From: a virus
Length of the DNA stretch: 64,000 nucleotides
Strand: one strand, 5' to 3'
IMG/VR virus record: IMGVR_UViG_3300046642_000296
Coordinates: 1-64,000 of that record
Part shown: positions 16,524 through 26,900 of the stretch, piece by piece
How the letters are laid out: every line of letters starts with the position of its first letter
How positions within the stretch are numbered: position 1 is the first letter of the stretch
Made by a program: the position numbers and the translations under genes
Notes under the pieces: generated by a model
What the model saw: only the letters and a program-made list of their open reading frames with translations
What the model was told of the DNA's origin: nothing
The model's database searches: none

Positions 16524-16967
16524 ATGAAAAAGCCTACTTCCACGACGCCGCCCGCCAATGCTGCCGGCCGCAAGTTCTATTTCATGGTCGCCGCTGAAGT
16601 CGTCTTCCAGCTGCCGGCCGGTGAAAACGAAGTCGCCCTGCACACCGCCAAGGTGAACGGCGTCATCACCCACACCAAGGACCAGATCCCGTCGAACCTG
16701 CTCGGCCAGGCGCAGAAGGTTGCCCAGATGCAGCTCTTCAAGAAGATGGGCGACGACTCCGTGACGGCGAACGTGCTCGACGTGGTGATCCTGAACGTCA
16801 TGCAACTCGGCTACATGACCGAGGAAGAATTCCAGGCCGTGCCGGAAGGCGTGAAGCAGCAGGAAGTGGCCAAGACCGTGCTGAGCGTGGTCAAGGGCGG
16901 CAAGCCGGCTAATGACGGTGACGTACTTGATCCGGCTGCTCTCGCTGCACAGGGCACGCTGCAATGA
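16524..16967 (+). CDS. Hypothetical protein (N4 gp40 position)
   Basis: Strong codon bias; ATG at 16524. Confidence 0.75.
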   Translation: MKKPTSTTPPANAAGRKFYFMVAAEVVFQLPAGENEVALHTAKVNGVITHTKDQIPSNLLGQAQKVAQMQLFKKMGDDSVTANVLDVVILNVMQLGYMTEEEFQAVPEGVKQQEVAKTVLSVVKGGKPANDGDVLDPAALAAQGTLQ

Positions 16968-17332
16968 GCCAGGAGAAGGAAAACTCGGGCCTGCAGGTGA
17001 ACTACTACCTCGCGTATGTGTTCCATCCGCAGCGTGAAGAGCAGCTGCCCTACCAGGCAGAGTGCGAAGACCTGATCGACGCTCTGGGCCTGACCTTCGA
17101 CGAAGCCAACATGTTCAAGGAGATCTGGCGCACCGCGAACGAGCGCACCCACGGCAAAGGTAAGGTGGGTAACACCCCCCTACGTGCCGCCCAGAAGCTG
17201 GTGCACTACTCGGGCCGGATCCTGAGAAAGGCGACGCGGGAGACGTTCACTGTACCGACAGTGACGCTGAACGACCTGCCCATGCCCAACACGGCTGTGA
17301 TGGGTGGTCTAACCGCCAGCAAATTGTCCTGA
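16964..17332 (+). CDS. DUF3310-like protein (N4 gp41-like)
   Basis: The segment YY...PYQAECEDLIDALGLTFDEANMFKEIWR resembles the DUF3310 pattern. Confidence 0.65.
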   Translation: MSQEKENSGLQVNYYLAYVFHPQREEQLPYQAECEDLIDALGLTFDEANMFKEIWRTANERTHGKGKVGNTPLRAAQKLVHYSGRILRKATRETFTVPTVTLNDLPMPNTAVMGGLTASKLS

Positions 17333-17398
17333 TCGCCGAGGGCTGCTGATCCTTTCCCTGGTTCCAGCAACCCTCAACTCTCCCTGGCACTCCTCACC

Positions 17399-18373
17399 AT
17401 GAAAATCACGAACAACAGCGATATCTCGCTGGCACTGGCCGTCTGGCTGCTGCACGACGAGTACGACTACCAGAACGACGAGAACTACATCAGCGCCACC
17501 CGCCTGATGCGGCCGATCCGTCATCTGGTGCTGCCCCACCGCATTCCACCGGCCAAACGTCCGGCACCCGATGTCGAGGAATACATCGCATCAGCGCTCG
17601 GCAAGTCCCTGCATGACTCCATCGAAAAGGCATGGGTCAAGGGCGCAGACCGCTCGCTCAAGCTGCTCGGCTATCCGGAGGATGTGATCCAGCATGTGCG
17701 CATCAATCCGGAAACGGTCGATGCCGGCACGATCCCGATCTACCTGGAGCGGCGAGCCAAGCGGGAGATCAAGGTCACCGGGCGCGTCTACGTGGTCGGC
17801 GGCAAGTTCGACATGGTGATGGAAGGCATCGTGATGGACAACAAGTCCACCACCGTGTGGACCTGGGTCTATGGCGGCAAGGACGATGACTACCGCCTGC
17901 AGGGTTCGATCTACAAGTGGCTGAACCCGGACAAGATCACCGAGGACTTCATCCGCATCAACTTCATCTTCACGGACTGGAGTGCGGCTGATGCCCGGAA
18001 CAACCCGAAGTATCCGCAAAAGCGTGTCGCTCACAAGGACATTCCGCTGCTGTCGGTCGAGGAGACCGAGGCATGGATCCGCTGGAAGCTGGAGCAGGTG
18101 CAGAAGTATATGGACGCACCGGAAAGCCAGATCCCGGAGTGCACTGACGAAGAACTGTGGCGCTCGGCCCCGAAGTACAAGTATTACAGCGACCCGACCA
18201 AAACGGCCGGCAAGTCCACCAAGAATTTCGACACCCTGGCCGAAGCCAATGCGTTCCGTGCCGAGAAGGCCAAGGGCATCGTGATCACCGTGCCGGGCGA
18301 AGTGAAGCGCTGCAGCTACTGCGAAGGCTTCGAAGCCTGCACCCAGAAGAACAGGTATCTCAGTCATGATTGA
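17399..18373 (+). CDS. PD-(D/E)XK exonuclease, Cas4-like (N4 gp42-like)
   Basis: Motifs ISATRL, GKSLH, GGKFD...DNKST, QGSIY and a C-terminal CSYC...C. Confidence 0.82.
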   Translation: MKITNNSDISLALAVWLLHDEYDYQNDENYISATRLMRPIRHLVLPHRIPPAKRPAPDVEEYIASALGKSLHDSIEKAWVKGADRSLKLLGYPEDVIQHVRINPETVDAGTIPIYLERRAKREIKVTGRVYVVGGKFDMVMEGIVMDNKSTTVWTWVYGGKDDDYRLQGSIYKWLNPDKITEDFIRINFIFTDWSAADARNNPKYPQKRVAHKDIPLLSVEETEAWIRWKLEQVQKYMDAPESQIPECTDEELWRSAPKYKYYSDPTKTAGKSTKNFDTLAEANAFRAEKAKGIVITVPGEVKRCSYCEGFEACTQKNRYLSHD

Positions 18374-20537
18374 CCTCACCGGAGTCACACACCATCCGGT
18401 ACTGGAAGAGATCGTGGACGTGCTCACTGCCAAGACGCAGAACACGGACCGCGGTTTCTTCCGTGCCGAAGTCGCCTACTTCCTCGGGAAGATGGCAAGC
18501 AACATGCGGGCGCTGATCGTCACGAAGGACCGCGGCGAAATTCCGGTGAATATCTATTCGCTGGCGCTCGCCACGTCCGGGTTCGGCAAGGGCCACTCGG
18601 TGCACGTGGTGGAAAACGAATTCATGCAGGGCTTCAAGAAGCGCTTCATGGAAGACACCCTGCCCGTGATGGCCGAGAAGAACCTGAACGAGATGGCCAA
18701 CCATCGTGCCGGCAAGAACGGCACCGATCCGGCCGAAGAGCTCGAAGGCCTCATGGGCGAATTCAAGCGTGCCGGCGCCTTCCCGTTCACCTTCGACAGC
18801 GGCACGGCGCCGGCCGTCAAGCAGCTGCGTCAGAAACTGCTGCTGGCCAAGTGCGGCTCGATCAACCTGCAGATCGACGAGATCGGCTCGAACCTGATCA
18901 GCGCCGTGGAAGTGCTCACGCTGTTCCTGGAGCTTTACGACCAGGGCATCGTCAAGCAGAAGCTCACGAAGAACACCGCCGAGAACCAGCGGGGCGAAGA
19001 GGTGGACGGCAAGACGCCCACCAACATGCTGCTGTTCGGCACGCCGTCGAAGCTGCTCGATGGCGGGCTCACCGAGGACCAGTTCTACTCGTTCCTCGAA
19101 ACGGGCTATGCACGCCGCTGCTTCTTTGGCTGGGGCCAGCAGGACCGCAAGGCATCCCATTCGCAAAGCGCGGAAGAGATCTTCGCCCGTCTGGTCCAGC
19201 CGACGAACAATGCCACGATCCAGAAATGGGCGGCGCATTTTCACAAGCTGGCCGATCCGGCCATGTTCGGCTGGAAGATGACGGTCGAGGACGACGTGGC
19301 CATTGCGCTGCTCAAGTACAAGATCGCCTGCGAACAGACGGCCGACGCCATGGCCGAGCACGAGGAGATCAAGAAGGCCGAGCTCGGGCACCGCTACTTC
19401 AAGGCACTGAAGCTGGCCGGCGCCTATGCGTTCATCGACGAGAGCAATGAAGTCGAGATGGAGCACCTGATGCAGGCGATCCTGCTCACCGAAGAGTCGG
19501 GTGCTGCGTTCCAGACGATCCTCAACCGTGAGAAGGCTTACGTGAAGCTGGCGAAGTACATCGCCACCTGCGGCACGGAAGTCACCCACGCGGATCTGCT
19601 CGAGGCGCTCCCCTTCTACAAGTCGGGCAATGCCGCACGCAACGAGATGATGAGCCTGGCAACCGCCTGGGGCTACAAGAAGCACATCATCATCAAGAAG
19701 TTCTTCGTCGACGGGATTGAATTCTTCAAAGGTGAGACTTTGCAGGAGACCGATCTCAACGAGCTGATCCTCTCGTACGGCGAGCACTGGGCCTACAACT
19801 ACCTGGGCGAGAAGGTGCCGTTCGACCAGCTCAGTCAGCTGACCCAGGCCGCCCAGGCCGACGGCCAGCCGATGCACTGGTGCAACCACTTCCTGAAGAA
19901 CGGCCACCGGGCGGAAGAGAACGTGCAGGCAGGCTTTAACGTGATCGTCATCGACGTGGACGAAGGCGTCTCGCTCGATGTCTGCCACGAGCTCATGCGC
20001 GAATACAAGTTCCTGACCTACACGACCAAGCGTCACCAGGTCGATGGGAACGGGGACCGCTTCCGCCTGATCCTGCCGATCAACTACGTGCTCGAACTGG
20101 ATTCCGACGAATTCAAGGAGTTCATGAACAACGTCATGGAGTGGCTGCCGTTCAAGACTGACGAATCGGCTAACCAGCGCAGCAAGAAGTGGGAAACCTT
20201 CGCTGGCGGCCAGTTCCACTACAACCACGACGGCGAGATCCTGGATGCGCTGCGCTTCATCCCGAAGACATCCAAGAACGAGCAGTACCGGGCCGAGCTG
20301 AAGAAGGTCGAGTCGATGGATAACCTGGAACGCTGGTTCGCCCAACGCATTGCGTCAGGCAACCGCAACAACCAGATGATCAAGTTCGCGCTCGCTCTGG
20401 TGGACACCGGCATGGATCTGCTGGCAGTCAGCAAGCTGGTGCATGCGTTCAACGGCAAGCTGAACAATCCCCTCTCCGAGGACGAGATCAACAGCACGAT
20501 CCTAGTCACCGTCGCCAAGAAGATCCAGCGTAACTGA
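18366..20537 (+). CDS. DNA primase (N4 gp43/Dns-like) with N-terminal P-loop domain and C-terminal PriCT
   Basis: Motifs ATSGFGKG, QIDEIG, IDVDEG, YTTKRH, RFRLILP and GNRNNQM. Confidence 0.88.
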   Translation: MIDLTGVTHHPVLEEIVDVLTAKTQNTDRGFFRAEVAYFLGKMASNMRALIVTKDRGEIPVNIYSLALATSGFGKGHSVHVVENEFMQGFKKRFMEDTLPVMAEKNLNEMANHRAGKNGTDPAEELEGLMGEFKRAGAFPFTFDSGTAPAVKQLRQKLLLAKCGSINLQIDEIGSNLISAVEVLTLFLELYDQGIVKQKLTKNTAENQRGEEVDGKTPTNMLLFGTPSKLLDGGLTEDQFYSFLETGYARRCFFGWGQQDRKASHSQSAEEIFARLVQPTNNATIQKWAAHFHKLADPAMFGWKMTVEDDVAIALLKYKIACEQTADAMAEHEEIKKAELGHRYFKALKLAGAYAFIDESNEVEMEHLMQAILLTEESGAAFQTILNREKAYVKLAKYIATCGTEVTHADLLEALPFYKSGNAARNEMMSLATAWGYKKHIIIKKFFVDGIEFFKGETLQETDLNELILSYGEHWAYNYLGEKVPFDQLSQLTQAAQADGQPMHWCNHFLKNGHRAEENVQAGFNVIVIDVDEGVSLDVCHELMREYKFLTYTTKRHQVDGNGDRFRLILPINYVLELDSDEFKEFMNNVMEWLPFKTDESANQRSKKWETFAGGQFHYNHDGEILDALRFIPKTSKNEQYRAELKKVESMDNLERWFAQRIASGNRNNQMIKFALALVDTGMDLLAVSKLVHAFNGKLNNPLSEDEINSTILVTVAKKIQRN

Positions 20538-20545
20538 GGACAACC

Positions 20546-20836
20546 ATGAAAGATCTGAGTTTCGGCGGCGCAGTCGAGTGCCTGAAGTTGGGTAAAGCCG
20601 TGGCCCGTGAGGGATGGAATGGTAAAGGCATGTTCATCTATTTGGTTCCCGGCAATGCCTATCCAGCACAAACAGGTGTCGCCAAACAGTTTTGGGGTGA
20701 TACCTCGATGGTCCCCTACTCACCCTATATCGCTATGAAAGCGGTGGACGGCATGGTGGATACCTGGTCCCCCTCAGTGCGTGATGTGTTGGCGGAAGAC
20801 TGGGAAGTCATCGAGATCGCACCGTATAGCAACTGA
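20546..20836 (+). CDS. tad2: DUF2829 protein, Tad2-like (Thoeris anti-defence 2) nucleotide-signal sponge
   Basis: FGGAVECLKLGKAVAREGWNGKGMFIYLV...PYIAMK...WSPSVRDVLAEDWE is the characteristic DUF2829 pattern. Confidence 0.8.
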   Translation: MKDLSFGGAVECLKLGKAVAREGWNGKGMFIYLVPGNAYPAQTGVAKQFWGDTSMVPYSPYIAMKAVDGMVDTWSPSVRDVLAEDWEVIEIAPYSN

Positions 20837-20889
20837 TTCTTTCCTTGGCTCAAGCCACGCTGAGCTAGGGGAGCAATAAGGAGAACTAC

Positions 20890-21657
20890 ATGAGTGAAGT
20901 ACAGGAAGAAGCTGAAGTCAACCTCGATGGGATCAACGACCAGTTGATTCTCGTGTCTGGCTTCTCCGGGGAAGGCAAGAGCGCATCGCTGCGCAACATC
21001 CGGAACCAGGAAAACTGGATGTATCTGAACTGCGAAGCCGGCAAGCGTCTGCCCTTTCGCAACCAGTTCCAGAGTTACCGGATCAACGACCCGTATCAGG
21101 TGCATGAGGCATTCGATGCGGCCACCCATGGCGACGTGGAGAACGTCGAGGGAATCATCATCGACTCGTCCACGTTCCTGATGGACATGTTCGAGACGCA
21201 GTACGTGCTCGGCGCGCACGACACGATGAAGGGCTGGAGCCAGTACGCCCAGTTCTTCAAGACGCTGATGCAGCAGAAGGTGACCACGTTTGGCAAGCCT
21301 GTCGTCGTGATCGCTCACCTGCTCGACGTGCTCGATGAAAAGAACATGGAAATGAAGACCAGTGTACCCGTGAAGGGGGCACTGAAGAACAACGGCATCG
21401 AGGCGTACTTCTCGACTGTCGTCGCTGCCAAGAAGGTTCCGATCAAGGAACTGGAGAAATTCGGCAGCAAGCTGCTGGTGATCACTGATGAGGAACGCGA
21501 GCTCGGCTTCAAGCACGTGTTCCAGACCCGCATCACCAAGCAGTCCACCGGCTACCGCATCCGTAGCCCGATGGGCATGTTTGACAAGGCAGAGACGTAC
21601 ATCGACAACGACTGCCAGAAGCTGCTGGACCACCTCAACGAGTTCTACGGAAACTGA
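20890..21657 (+). CDS. Sak4-like AAA ATPase / ssDNA annealing protein (N4 gp44-like)
   Basis: Walker A GFSGEGKS, Walker B IIIDS and RIRSPMGMF. Confidence 0.85.
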   Translation: MSEVQEEAEVNLDGINDQLILVSGFSGEGKSASLRNIRNQENWMYLNCEAGKRLPFRNQFQSYRINDPYQVHEAFDAATHGDVENVEGIIIDSSTFLMDMFETQYVLGAHDTMKGWSQYAQFFKTLMQQKVTTFGKPVVVIAHLLDVLDEKNMEMKTSVPVKGALKNNGIEAYFSTVVAAKKVPIKELEKFGSKLLVITDEERELGFKHVFQTRITKQSTGYRIRSPMGMFDKAETYIDNDCQKLLDHLNEFYGN

Positions 21658-21724
21658 TCGGCCAACCCCCGTTAAGCAAAACATAGACCTCGACAACATT
21701 ACCTCGAACTGAAAGAGAACTCTC

Positions 21725-22501
21725 ATGAGCGCATTGTTTGGAAACCTCACCTCGAATGGCCTGGAAGAATCGCAGGACCGCCTGGGCGGCAACTTCGGCC
21801 CGGTCGAATCGGACATCTACAAGGCTGTGATCAAGGCCGCCTACGCCGGCCAGGCAGCGAGCGGCGCACGCTCGGTGTCGTTCATCTTCGACCTGAACGG
21901 CCGCGAGTTCCGCCCGACGATCTACATCACCAACAAGAAGGGCGAAAACTTCTTCATCAACAAGCAGGACGCAACGAAGAAGGTACCGCTGCCGGGCTTC
22001 ACGACCGTCGACGATATCTGCCTGGTCGCCACCGGCAAGCCGCTCGCCGAGCAGGATGCCGAGGACAAGGTGATCAAGCTGTACGACGCTGAAGCCGGCA
22101 AGGAACTGCCGAAGTCGGTCCCGATGCTCGTCGAGCTGCTGGAAAAGGAAGTGTCGCTCGCTATCCTGAAGCTGCTCGTGAACAAGAACGTGAAGAACGA
22201 CGCCACCGGCGACTACGAGCCGACGGCCGAAACGCGCGAGGAAAACAACATCGAGAAGGTGTTCGACACCGAGTCGCAGATGACCGTCAACGAAGCACGC
22301 CAGGGCGCCGAGAAGGCAGCGTTCTGGGACGGCTGGCTCGAGCGCAACAAGGGCAAGACGAAGGACAAGCGCACGCTGAAGGACGGCGAAACCGGTGCCG
22401 TGGGCGCGCCGCCGAAAGCCCGTGCAGCTGCCAACGGTGCACCGGCGCCAACCGCAGGTGCCGCTCCGAAGAAGTCGCTCTTCGGCAAGAAGGCTGCCTG
22501 A
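21725..22501 (+). CDS. ssb: Single-stranded DNA-binding protein / late transcription activator (N4 gp45-like)
   Basis: EESQDRLGG, the C-terminal KKSLFG tail typical of N4 SSB, and synteny. Confidence 0.88.
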   Translation: MSALFGNLTSNGLEESQDRLGGNFGPVESDIYKAVIKAAYAGQAASGARSVSFIFDLNGREFRPTIYITNKKGENFFINKQDATKKVPLPGFTTVDDICLVATGKPLAEQDAEDKVIKLYDAEAGKELPKSVPMLVELLEKEVSLAILKLLVNKNVKNDATGDYEPTAETREENNIEKVFDTESQMTVNEARQGAEKAAFWDGWLERNKGKTKDKRTLKDGETGAVGAPPKARAAANGAPAPTAGAAPKKSLFGKKAA

Positions 22502-22533
22502 GCCAGCGAAAGCAAACGGAAAGGTAACCGATC

Positions 22534-23112
22534 TTGCGCATCCCCGTCGCCGGCATGGATCCCTCAATGAGAAACTGGGGGACCGCTGAAGCCATTCTCG
22601 ACCTGGATACTGGCGTCCTGACGACCCCTGTGCTGTCCCTGTGCTCGCCGCAGGACATCAAGGGCAAGCAGGTACGCCAGAACTCCAACGATCTGCATCT
22701 CGCCCGTGTGCTTTACGAGCATGCCCTGTGCGTCGCACGACGCAGCAAGGTCATCTTCGTGGAGTGTCCGGTAGGCTCCCAGTCCGCTTCTGGCATGAAA
22801 GCCTACGGAATTTGCGTCGGTATACTGGGTGCACTAAGGGCCGAAGGCCATGAGATCGTCGAGGTCACCGCATTCGAGGTGAAGGAATCTTTCACCGGCC
22901 TGAAGAATGCGTCAAAAGCTCAGATGATCGCACAGGGTGTGGCGGATTATCCGGATGCTAACTGGCCACGTCAGGAACGCAATGGAGCCAGGCACAGGAA
23001 AGGTGACCTGAAGAACGAGGCTGAGCACGTCGCCGATGCGCTTGCCGCCATACACGCCGGGGTGAGAACCCCGATGTTCCTAAATCTGATGCGACTCTTC
23101 GCAACTCTGTAG
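22534..23112 (+). CDS. RuvC-like Holliday junction resolvase (N4 gp46-like)
   Basis: Acidic motifs GMDPSMRNWG, FVECPVGSQ and EHVADALAAI. Confidence 0.82.
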   Translation: MRIPVAGMDPSMRNWGTAEAILDLDTGVLTTPVLSLCSPQDIKGKQVRQNSNDLHLARVLYEHALCVARRSKVIFVECPVGSQSASGMKAYGICVGILGALRAEGHEIVEVTAFEVKESFTGLKNASKAQMIAQGVADYPDANWPRQERNGARHRKGDLKNEAEHVADALAAIHAGVRTPMFLNLMRLFATL

Positions 23113-23121
23113 AGACACAAC

Positions 23122-23646
23122 ATGCAAATCATTATCGTCCAGTCTGAAATCGAACACGCCATCCGCAACTACATCAACAGCCAGTTGAATGTGAAGGACG
23201 GCATGCGTATCGACATCGACCTGTCAGCCACCCGTGGTGCTGACGGTTTCAAGGCCACGATCGACATCGTGCCGAACGAAGCGCCGAGCGCACCGAAGGC
23301 CGCGCAGGCGCCCGAACCCACCCCGACGCCTGCTCCGGCATCGGCCAAGACCGAAACGAAGGCTGAAGCCGCGGTGACCGCCTCGCGTGCATCGGTGCAG
23401 GTGGATCCCCCGAAGTTCACGCCGGAAGCCGAAGTCCCGATTGCCGGCGAGCAGGCGGCAGCATCGACCGCTGGTGCAGCTGCGGAAGCTGGTGCTGCGC
23501 CGAGTGCTTCGGCTGAACCGTCGTTGACGGAAGCCATGCCCTACAAGCCGGCTGAAGGTTCGCAGGTCGCTGCCGAGAATGCAGCAGCCCCGGCTGCACC
23601 GGCACGCAGCCTGTTTGCTGGTCTGAAGAAGCCGGTGAACGCGTAA
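23122..23646 (+). CDS. Hypothetical protein (N4 gp47-like; Ala/Pro-rich tail ending SLFAGL)
   Basis: MQIIIVQSEIEHAIRNYI N-terminus; synteny. Confidence 0.75.
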   Translation: MQIIIVQSEIEHAIRNYINSQLNVKDGMRIDIDLSATRGADGFKATIDIVPNEAPSAPKAAQAPEPTPTPAPASAKTETKAEAAVTASRASVQVDPPKFTPEAEVPIAGEQAAASTAGAAAEAGAAPSASAEPSLTEAMPYKPAEGSQVAAENAAAPAAPARSLFAGLKKPVNA

Positions 23647-23647
23647 C

Positions 23648-23857
23648 ATGAAGGCTTCCGGGTTCCTCATCGTGGGGATCCTGATTGTGGCGGCGATCCT
23701 GGCTATCACAGCCATGCTCGTCGTCGCAGCGCCCTACATCGCCGTGGTCGTCGTCATCGCCTTCCTCGCTTTCCTGGCTTCAAAAATACCGGAGCCAGAA
23801 AAGAAGAAGGAGGCGCCGCCGAAGTGGCCACACGACCCGAACGACTTCAGGCAGTAA
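23648..23857 (+). CDS. Small membrane protein
   Basis: Two hydrophobic segments followed by a basic tail. Confidence 0.7.
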   Translation: MKASGFLIVGILIVAAILAITAMLVVAAPYIAVVVVIAFLAFLASKIPEPEKKKEAPPKWPHDPNDFRQ

Positions 23858-23866
23858 CGCAGTAAT

Positions 23867-23906
23867 GAAAAACCCCCAGACTAATCTCTGGGGGTTTTTC
23901 TTTTTC
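23867..23906. terminator. Bidirectional terminator between the convergent middle and late blocks
   Basis: GAAAAACCCCCAGA-CTAATC-TCTGGGGGTTTTTC-TTTTT. Confidence 0.85.
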
Positions 23907-23909
23907 TGG

Positions 23910-26900
23910 TTACCCGAAGATGTTCACCCAGGGGTTCATCATCGGTGCGTGGAACACCTGCCCGACACCAAAGCTGTGTGTCAGACCACCGTCCATGAGC
24001 TTCGTGAAGAAGTTGTCCCCGAGTGGCGTGCCAACCGAGCCGAACATATGCGGGATCGGTACCGATGCAGCCAGCAGTGAGTGCACCGGATTGTTACGCA
24101 CCATCGACATGGCCACCTTCGCCGCACGGATCTTGAAGTTGTAGAACCACAGAAGGCCCATCGACTCCAGGTAACCACGGAACCGGCCGGGCAGCTTGTC
24201 GTAGTTCACGAACTCTTCGGTCACCCGGCTGAGCGCATACGCCGACGACTTGTTCTGACGCTTGGTCAGATCATCGTAGAGCAGCGCCTTGGCGATGAAG
24301 TCCCCATACTCAACCGACTTCTGCAAGCCCTTGAAGAGTGCTGTGTCCTTCGTCACCAGTGCATAGCGGCCAGCGGTCTGCAAAGCCTTCGGCAACTTGT
24401 CGACCTGAGCTTCCAGATACGACTGAACCTTGCCTGAAGTCAGCGCAATGTCATCTGAACCCACACGCGACGCATCCGAGATACCAGTGAATTCCCCTGC
24501 CTGGATCAACGGATGGATTGAGAGCCGCTTGAAGCTGTCCTCAATCGACTGCCACTGTGCACTCAGTTTGCGCGTGGCCACCGGATCTTCAGTTGCTGTG
24601 CGCATCTGTGCTTCCAGCTGGATCTGCTGCTGACGACCCTTCACATAGAAGTTGGTCTCCGCGATCTTGCGCGGTGCGCCCATGGCGATGTGCTTGATGG
24701 GCACACCCCGACCGACGAGCTGGAGCATGTTGCCGAGCATGTTGGTCACCGGCACCACCACCGACTTCACGACGATCAGCGTCTTGGCGTCGCCAATGAA
24801 GTTCTGCAAGGTCTTCTCCGCATTGGTGAAATACTGGTAGGCCTTGTTGCCAAACATGCCGATCATCACCCGCTTCATGTATTCCTGGGTCTCGGGCGAC
24901 CAGCGGGAGTTGCCGGTAAACACATCACCCACCGACGCATTACGGTAGCCCATCGCATCGTGCAGCATGTCGCGCGACACATAGAAATGGTCCCCGAACA
25001 CTGCCTTGATCCGCTGGCGGGTTTCCGGCGTCATCAGCTTGACTGCATCGGCAATCACCGGATCCTTCGCCAGCTCACGCGGATCCGACAGGTTCACGTA
25101 TTCCTTCTGGTTCGAGGCCGACTCCCTGATGTCTGCCTCGTAGCGGGCGTGCAGGGCATCGATCAGCGCATTGTTGAATTCCTGCGCCTTGGCTTCCTCA
25201 ACCTGCCGGCCACGCCACACCCCGATCATCTGGGCCAGGTTCTGCTCAGACACCGCACGCTGCGCCTGCTGCGGATCGATCGAGCGCTCGAAGGCCACCG
25301 GCACGCCCTTCTCGTCGAAGACGGGCATCAGCGGTTCCATGCCCGACTCTCCGCGTGCGAGGTTCAGTGCCGTACGGGCCACTTCAGCACGATCCGTAAT
25401 CCGGCCGGCAATCATCGACGAGTTGTTGAACCCGCTGCCGATGTCCACGCCGTTGACCGACTGGCGCACGTTCTGGAAGATGCCCTGATTAAAGAGCGTA
25501 CGTGAGGAGACCGGCGCAAAGTAGTAGCCCATGCGGCCCTTCAGCCCGTCCGCGGAGCTGCCCTTGTAGTCGGCCACCCGTACGTAGGAACGCTCAGTGA
25601 GCGCCTGGTAGTTCGCATCGTCGGCCACCATCAGGTGCACACCGGTTTTCTGCTGCTCCGGGATGTAGCCCTTGAAACCGTTGATGCGACCCCGCGGCGA
25701 CTGCTCAGCCTTGCGCTGCTCTTCCGCACGCTGGCCAACCAGATAGTCCGTCGTGAACTTCAGGCCGGCACTTTCCTGCTGAACCAGGGAAGCGAGCATG
25801 CCCTTTTCCGTCGGGCTCAGTTGCTCCAGCGCGTAGAGCGAGGTGAGATGGTCGACCATGCGGATGAAGTCCGCATCCCGCTTGCCCGTCTTCTTCGCCG
25901 ACTTTTCGAGGAAGAGCCGGCTGATCGCTTCAGCATTACGCAGCAGGTTCGTGCCGACCTTGCCCGTCATCTGGAACTTCGCCAGCTGCTGCATCTTCTT
26001 CTGGTACAGGTTCCAGTTTGCCGGATCTGCCTGCTGGACCTTGCCCTCCAGATCGTTGATCGCCTTGTCGAGCGTCTTCGCATCACCGAGCATGCCCTGG
26101 ATGTCTTCATGACTGAAGTGGCTGCGCAGTGCGGCAATGTCCGTGCGACCGAGTGCACGATGCAGCATCGACCACTCGCTGTCCTCAAGCGGGCGGCTGA
26201 ACTGGTCAGCGATGATGCCCGGCACATGCTCACGATAGTTCTGGCGATCCTGCGAGATCTCCGCACGCACGGCCTTCGTCATGTCGTAGACCGGCGCATT
26301 CTCATCGGTGCGGCCCACGAAGTCATAGACGAGATCGTGCAGGGGCTGCCAGGCGTTGGCCCGGTTCATCAGCGCCACCACCGACTCCGCCACCTTGTTG
26401 CCGTTCTTCTCGGTGGCCATGCGTGCCGAGACCTGCGCATACTTGGCCAGGTTCTTCGAGAGCGGCGAGGCGGCCGGATCGTCGATCACCTGCTGCATGC
26501 TGTCGATGATCTTATCGGTCACCCGTTCGACGCCCTGCACGACCGTTGCATTAAGCGAGTCCACTGCATCACCGGCCCAGGTCTGGCGCATGAACGACTC
26601 ACGGTCGTGGGCGACATCCTGGACGTGACGCATCAGGCTATCGATCGAATCACGCACATTGCTGCTCTTCGTGTCACCGGCCATCAGGTCCGACAGGCGG
26701 CCCATCAGGCCCATGCCCAGGTTCTCCAGCATCGCATCGAGCCGGCTCTTGGCCGCGGACTTCTCGCCCTTGGGCAGATCCATCTTCTGGAGCACCGAGC
26801 GGAAGTCATCGTTGACCATGGCCAGACCCAGGAACACCGGCATCAGCGACGAGCGGCCTGCCTTGTCGGTAGACGTGCCGAAGTCACCCATCACCATGTT

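Noticed and set aside
17399-18373. Cas4-like nuclease as evidence of a CRISPR system
   Set aside because: It is a core N4 gp42-like replication nuclease, with no array or other cas genes.
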